Source of the DNA: a virus
Taxonomy: Duplodnaviria; Heunggongvirae; Uroviricota; Caudoviricetes
Reading direction: 5' to 3' (one strand)
DNA: 31,670 nt
Virus record (IMG/VR): IMGVR_UViG_649989948_000010
Location: 1-31,670 of that record
The notes beneath the pieces were generated by a model. That model did no database searches, had not been told where the DNA came from, and saw only the letters and a list, made by a program, of their open reading frames with translations. Shown here piece after piece: positions 27,286 to 31,670 of this stretch. The translations under genes were made by a program, and so were the position numbers. Within the stretch, counting starts at the first letter, position 1; every line of letters starts with the position of its first letter.

Positions 27286-28899
27286 ATGAGTCAGAAATAC
27301 CTCATTCGCATCGCAGAGCTGGAAAGGTTGCTCTCTGAGCAGGCTGAAGCCCTCCGTCAGAAAGACCAGCAACTGAGTCTGGTTGAAGAGACGGAAGCCT
27401 TCCTGCGCTCTGCACTGACACGTGCCGAAGAAAAGATCGAAGAAGATGAACGGGAAATAGAACATCTGCGGGCTCAGATAGAAAAACTGCGCCGGATGCT
27501 GTTCGGTACCCGTTCTGAAAAACTGCGTCGTGAAGTTGAACTGGCTGAGGCTCTGCTGAAACAACGTGAACAGGACAGCGATCGTTACAGTGGGCGGGAA
27601 GACGATCCTCAGGTTCCCCGCCAGTTGCGACAGTCGCGCCATCGTCGTCCGTTACCGGCACACCTTCCCCGTGAAATACACCGCCTGGAGCCAGAAGAAA
27701 GCTGTTGCCCGGAGTGTGGCGGTAAGCTGGATTATCTGGGGGAAGTCAGCGCTGAACAGCTGGAACTGGTGAGCAGTGCCCTGAAAGTGATCCGCACAGA
27801 ACGGGTAAAAAAAGCCTGTACAAAATGTGACTGTATTGTTGAAGCACCGGCGCCGTCTCGCCCGATAGAGCGTGGTATCGCGGGCCCCGGATTACTTGCC
27901 CGCGTGTTAACGGGAAAATACTGCGAACATCTGCCACTGTATCGTCAGAGTGAAATCTTTGCCCGCCAGGGTGTCGAACTGAGCCGGGCCTTACTCTCCA
28001 ACTGGGTTGACGCGTGCTGCCAGTTAATGACACCGGTGAATGATGCCCTGTACCGTTATGTAATGAACACCCGCAAGATTCACACTGATGACACACCGGT
28101 AAAGGTACTGGCACCGGGTCAGAAAAAGGCGAAAACAGGGCGTATCTGGACGTATGTCCGGGATGATCGCAATGTGGGTTCGTCATCTCCTCCAGCGGTC
28201 TGGTTCGCGTACTCGCCGAACCGGCAGGGGAAACACCCGGAGCAACACCTCCGCCCCTTCCGGGGTATCCTGCAGGCGGATGCGTTCACAGGTTACGACA
28301 GGTTGTTCAGTGCAGAACGTGAAGGTGGTGCACTGACAGAAGTTGCGTGCTGGGCCCATGCCCGGCGAAAAATCCACGATGTATACATCAGCAGCAAAAG
28401 TGCGACGGCAGAAGAAGCACTGAAGCGAATCAGTGAACTGTACGCCATCGAGGATGAAATACGGGGATTACCGGAGTCAGAGCGTCTTGCCGTCAGGCAG
28501 CAGCGAAGCAAAGTGTTACTGACGTCGCTGCATGAATGGATGGTGGAGAAGAATGGTACGCTGTCGAAAAAATCCAGACTGGGCGAAGCGTTCAGCTATG
28601 TACTGAATCAGTGGGATGCCCTCTGTTATTACAGTGATGACGGTCTGGCGGAGGCGGATAATAATGCTGCGGAAAGAGCGCTTCGTGCAGTCTGTCTCGG
28701 AAAGAAAAACTTTATGTTCTTTGGCAGCGATCACGGCGGCGAGCGTGGAGCACTGTTGTACGGGCTGATCGGCACCTGCCGTCTGAACGGTATCGATCCG
28801 GAAGCGTATCTGCGCCATATCCTGAGCGTACTGCCGGAATGGCCTTCCAACCGAGTTGATGAACTCCTGCCATGGAACGTAGTACTCACCAATAAATAA
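27286..28899 (+). CDS. IS66-family transposase (orfC)
   Basis: 537 aa; coiled-coil N-terminus, CxxC zinc-finger-like region, conserved catalytic core. Confidence 0.85.
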   Translation: MSQKYLIRIAELERLLSEQAEALRQKDQQLSLVEETEAFLRSALTRAEEKIEEDEREIEHLRAQIEKLRRMLFGTRSEKLRREVELAEALLKQREQDSDRYSGREDDPQVPRQLRQSRHRRPLPAHLPREIHRLEPEESCCPECGGKLDYLGEVSAEQLELVSSALKVIRTERVKKACTKCDCIVEAPAPSRPIERGIAGPGLLARVLTGKYCEHLPLYRQSEIFARQGVELSRALLSNWVDACCQLMTPVNDALYRYVMNTRKIHTDDTPVKVLAPGQKKAKTGRIWTYVRDDRNVGSSSPPAVWFAYSPNRQGKHPEQHLRPFRGILQADAFTGYDRLFSAEREGGALTEVACWAHARRKIHDVYISSKSATAEEALKRISELYAIEDEIRGLPESERLAVRQQRSKVLLTSLHEWMVEKNGTLSKKSRLGEAFSYVLNQWDALCYYSDDGLAEADNNAAERALRAVCLGKKNFMFFGSDHGGERGALLYGLIGTCRLNGIDPEAYLRHILSVLPEWPSNRVDELLPWNVVLTNK

Positions 28900-28993
28900 G
28901 CGTCAATACGGTGCTCCGTTGACGCTTACTTCAGGTGCATCCGGTCCCCCTTGTTTTTGATACAAAACACGCCTCACAGACGGGTAATTTTGC

Positions 28994-29002
28994 TTATCCA
29001 CA
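28994..29002 (+). promoter_or_regulatory. DnaA box (TTATCCACA), possible remnant of an IncFII-type plasmid origin
   Basis: Exact DnaA-box consensus in a non-coding stretch upstream of the CPBP-pemI-pemK block; origin assignment is inference. Confidence 0.3.
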
Positions 29003-29756
29003 TTAAACTGCAAGGGACTTCCCCATAAGGTTACAATCGTTAATGTCATAAAGCGCCAGCCGTCAGCCCTACAGGGTGCAATGTATCTTTTAAACACCTG
29101 TTTATATCTCCTTTAAACTACTTAATTACATTCATTTAAAAAGAAAACCTATTCACTGCTTGTCCTATGGACAGACAGATATGCACCTCCCACCGTAAAC
29201 GGCGGGCCCCAACCGGAGCCACTTTAGTTACAACACACAAAACCAACCTCCAGAAAAACCCCGAACCAGCGCAGAACTGAAACCACAAAGCCCCTCCCTC
29301 ATAACTGAAAAGCGGCCCCGCCCCGGCCCTTCGGGCCGGAACAGAGTCGCTTTTAATTATGAATGTTGTAACTACATCTTCATCGCTGTCAGTCTTCTCG
29401 CTGGAAGTTCTCAGTACACGCTCGTAAGCGGCCCTCACGGCCCGCTAACGCGGAGATACGCCCCGACTTCGGGTAAACCCTCGTCGGGACCACTCCGACC
29501 GCGCACAGAAGCTCTCTCATGGCTGAAAGCGGGTATGGTCTGGCAGGGCTGGGGATGGGTAAGGTGAAATCTATCAATCAGTACCGGCTTACGCCGGGCT
29601 TCGGCGGTTTTACTCCTGTATCATATGAAACAACAGAGTGCCGCCTTCCATGCCGCTGATGCGGCATATCCTGGTAACGATATCTGAATTGTTATACATG
29701 TGTATATACGTGGTAATGACAAAAATAGGACAAGTTAAAAATTTACAGGCGATGCA

Positions 29757-30410
29757 ATGATTCAAACACGTAATCAATATCTGCAGTTTATGCTGGTTAT
29801 GCTGGCTGCATGGGGCATTAGTTGGGGAGCCAGATTTGTCATGGAGCAGGCCGTTCTGCTTTATGGATCAGGAAAAAACTATTTGTTCTTCAGTCATGGT
29901 ACTGTTCTGATGTACCTGCTGTGTGTTTTCCTGGTATACCGCCGTTGGATAGCTCCGCTACCGGTCGTTGGTCAGCTGCGCAACGTTGGCGTACCGTGGC
30001 TGGTCGGTGCGATGGCCGTGGTGTATGTCGGTGTATTTCTGCTCGGTAAGGCGCTGGCTCTGCCTGCTGAGCCATTTATGACGAAACTTTTTGCCGATAA
30101 GTCCATACCTGACGTGATCCTGACGTTGCTGACCATCTTTATCCTTGCCCCGTTGAATGAGGAAACGCTGTTCCGGGGGATTATGCTGAACGTCTTCCGT
30201 TCACGGTACTGCTGGACGATGTGGCTGGGGGCGCTGATAACGTCGTTGTTGTTCGTCGCCGCGCACAGCCAGTATCAGAACCTGCTGACACTGGCAGAAC
30301 TGTTCCTGGTGGGGTTGATTACATCAGTGGCCAGGATCAGAAGTGGTGGCCTGCTGCTGCCGGTATTGCTGCATATGGAAGCAACCACGCTGGGTTTACT
30401 GTTTGGTTGA
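29757..30410 (+). CDS. CPBP-family intramembrane protease-like protein (CAAX protease family)
   Basis: 217 aa polytopic membrane protein with EETLFRG, FVAAHSQY and LLH motifs. Confidence 0.7.
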   Translation: MIQTRNQYLQFMLVMLAAWGISWGARFVMEQAVLLYGSGKNYLFFSHGTVLMYLLCVFLVYRRWIAPLPVVGQLRNVGVPWLVGAMAVVYVGVFLLGKALALPAEPFMTKLFADKSIPDVILTLLTIFILAPLNEETLFRGIMLNVFRSRYCWTMWLGALITSLLFVAAHSQYQNLLTLAELFLVGLITSVARIRSGGLLLPVLLHMEATTLGLLFG

Positions 30411-30467
30411 AAGTTATATTTTTATTAAACATTGTGCGTTAAAGCCTGGTGTGTTTTTTTAGTGGAT

Positions 30468-30485
30468 GTTATATTTAAATATAAC
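30468..30485 (+). promoter_or_regulatory. 18-bp perfect palindrome GTTATATTTAAATATAAC in the pemIK promoter region
   Basis: Perfect inverted repeat 18 nt upstream of the pemI ATG; consistent with an autoregulatory operator. Confidence 0.5.
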
Positions 30486-30502
30486 TTTTATGGAGGTGAA
30501 GA

Positions 30503-30760
30503 ATGCATACCACCCGACTGAAGAGGGTTGGCGGCTCAGTTATGCTGACCGTCCCACCGGCACTGCTGAATGCGCTGTCTCTGGGCACAGATAATGAAGT
30601 TGGCATGGTCATTGATAATGGCCGGCTGATTGTTGAGCCGTACAGACGCCCGCAATATTCACTGGCTGAGCTACTGGCACAGTGTGATCCGAATGCTGAA
30701 ATATCAGCTGAAGAACGAGAATGGCTGGATGCACCGGCGACTGGTCAGGAGGAAATCTGA
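30503..30760 (+). CDS. pemI: Antitoxin PemI (Kis)
   Basis: 85 aa, matches plasmid PemI as recalled (MHTTRLKRVGGSVMLTVPPALL...); GGAGGTG RBS. Confidence 0.9.
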   Translation: MHTTRLKRVGGSVMLTVPPALLNALSLGTDNEVGMVIDNGRLIVEPYRRPQYSLAELLAQCDPNAEISAEEREWLDAPATGQEEI

Positions 30761-30761
30761 C

Positions 30762-31094
30762 ATGGAAAGAGGGGAAATCTGGCTTGTCTCGCTTGATCCT
30801 ACCGCAGGTCATGAGCAGCAGGGAACGCGGCCGGTGCTGATTGTCACACCGGCGGCCTTTAATCGCGTGACCCGCCTGCCTGTTGTTGTGCCCGTAACCA
30901 GCGGAGGCAATTTTGCCCGCACTGCCGGCTTTGCGGTGTCGTTGGATGGTGTTGGCATACGTACCACAGGTGTTGTACGTTGCGATCAACCCCGGACAAT
31001 TGATATGAAAGCACGGGGCGGAAAACGACTCGAACGGGTTCCGGAGACTATCATGAACGAAGTTCTTGGCCGCCTGTCCACTATTCTGACTTGA
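30762..31094 (+). CDS. pemK: Toxin PemK (Kid), MazF-family endoribonuclease
   Basis: 110 aa starting MERGEIWLVSLDPTAGHEQ; the ORF-track entry 30630-31094 is over-extended upstream. Confidence 0.9.
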   Translation: MERGEIWLVSLDPTAGHEQQGTRPVLIVTPAAFNRVTRLPVVVPVTSGGNFARTAGFAVSLDGVGIRTTGVVRCDQPRTIDMKARGGKRLERVPETIMNEVLGRLSTILT

Positions 31095-31471
31095 ACATGG
31101 GGTTTGAGGGGCAACTGGATGAAAACGTACGATTTAGGGCACTAAAACCGCTGTTGTCCCACCATTCTGGTGATTCCCAAACGTTATTTGGCTAAAAAGT
31201 AGTTTTGATGTGGTTTATTTTCCGAATTCCAAGCGCAGCCCTACTTTCTTGTGCGTATTTGCGTGTTTTGCGCAGTTTTGAAGTTCCTACATCAGATTGA
31301 CTTCGGATACAAATTCAATGAACATTGATGCAAATACTGACCTATCAGTTTCTTAACTAAATACTCGAGATACATCTAATGGCTAATGAAAACTTAGATA
31401 TTGACTCCAAGACAGCAGAAGAATTATACGAGTGGTATCTGGATGATAAATTAATTATAAATCGAAGATAC

Positions 31472-31670
31472 GGTGATGCTGCCAACTTACTGATTTAGTG
31501 TATGATGGTGTTTTTGAGGTGCTCCAGTGGCTTCTGTTTCTATCAGCTGTCCCTCCTGTTCAGCTACTGACGGGGTGGTGCGTAACGGCAAAAGCACCGC
31601 CGGACATCAGCGCTATCTCTGCTCTCACTGCCGTAAAACATGGCAACTGCAGTTCACTTACACCGCTTCT
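31472..31670 (+). mobile_element. IS1 left end (partial; runs off the window)
   Basis: GGTGATGCTGCCAACTTACTGATTTAGTGTATGATGGTG matches the IS1 terminal inverted repeat. Confidence 0.85.
31527..31670 (+). CDS. insA: IS1 InsA (5' partial)
   Basis: GTG start; translation [47 protein letters not shown] matches InsA. Confidence 0.8.
   Translation, partial: MASVSISCPSCSATDGVVRNGKSTAGHQRYLCSHCRKTWQLQFTYTAS

Larger units (their letters stand above)
26397..28929 (+). mobile_element. IS66-family insertion sequence (three-ORF type)
   Basis: Both ends begin GTAAGCGT; internal orfA-orfB-transposase arrangement; no matching 8-bp flanking duplication. Confidence 0.8.

Noticed and set aside
28903-29577. 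Three short minus-strand ORFs between IS66 and the CPBP-like gene
   Set aside because: GC-rich hairpin-dense non-coding DNA; the ORFs lack RBSs and overlap one another.
30630-30761. Upstream extension of the pemK ORF
   Set aside because: It overlaps pemI in another frame; the toxin starts at the ATG at 30762 (MERGEIW).
1-31670. CRISPR array
   Set aside because: No regularly spaced direct repeats of 25-40 bp anywhere; the only tandem repeats are the 12-bp pair in hsdS and short regulatory motifs.

Overview
Mosaic accessory region on an E. coli-like replicon; I found no single confidently novel system, but several uncharacterised gene clusters worth testing. Left edge is chromosomal apbC/mrp (105-1205). 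It is followed by (i) an orphan UmuD'-like gene behind a LexA box; (ii) a complete type IC restriction-modification operon hsdM-hsdS-hsdR (2335-8379) with AT-rich target-recognition domains and a 2-copy TAEL repeat; (iii) an ~18 kb block of tightly packed minus-strand, phage-derived genes (8438-26396): RNase H, Dam-like methylase, DnaQ-like exonuclease, homing-endonuclease-like protein, P-loop kinase, DHFR, thymidylate synthase, MazG-like protein, NrdB, NrdA, RuvC-like resolvase and a truncated SbcC-like ATPase, plus uncharacterised small membrane proteins, a TerB-like protein and an acidic protein; (iv) an IS66-family element (26397-28929) that truncates the SbcC-like gene; (v) an IncF-type plasmid backbone fragment (DnaA box, CPBP-family membrane protease, pemI-pemK) and the start of IS1. 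No CRISPR array or tRNA was found. The best candidates for undescribed biology are the TerB-like/small-membrane-protein cluster (10680-12049) with its shared palindromic upstream motif, and the hypothetical genes between hsdR and that cluster. All family assignments rest on by-eye motif recognition and need database confirmation.
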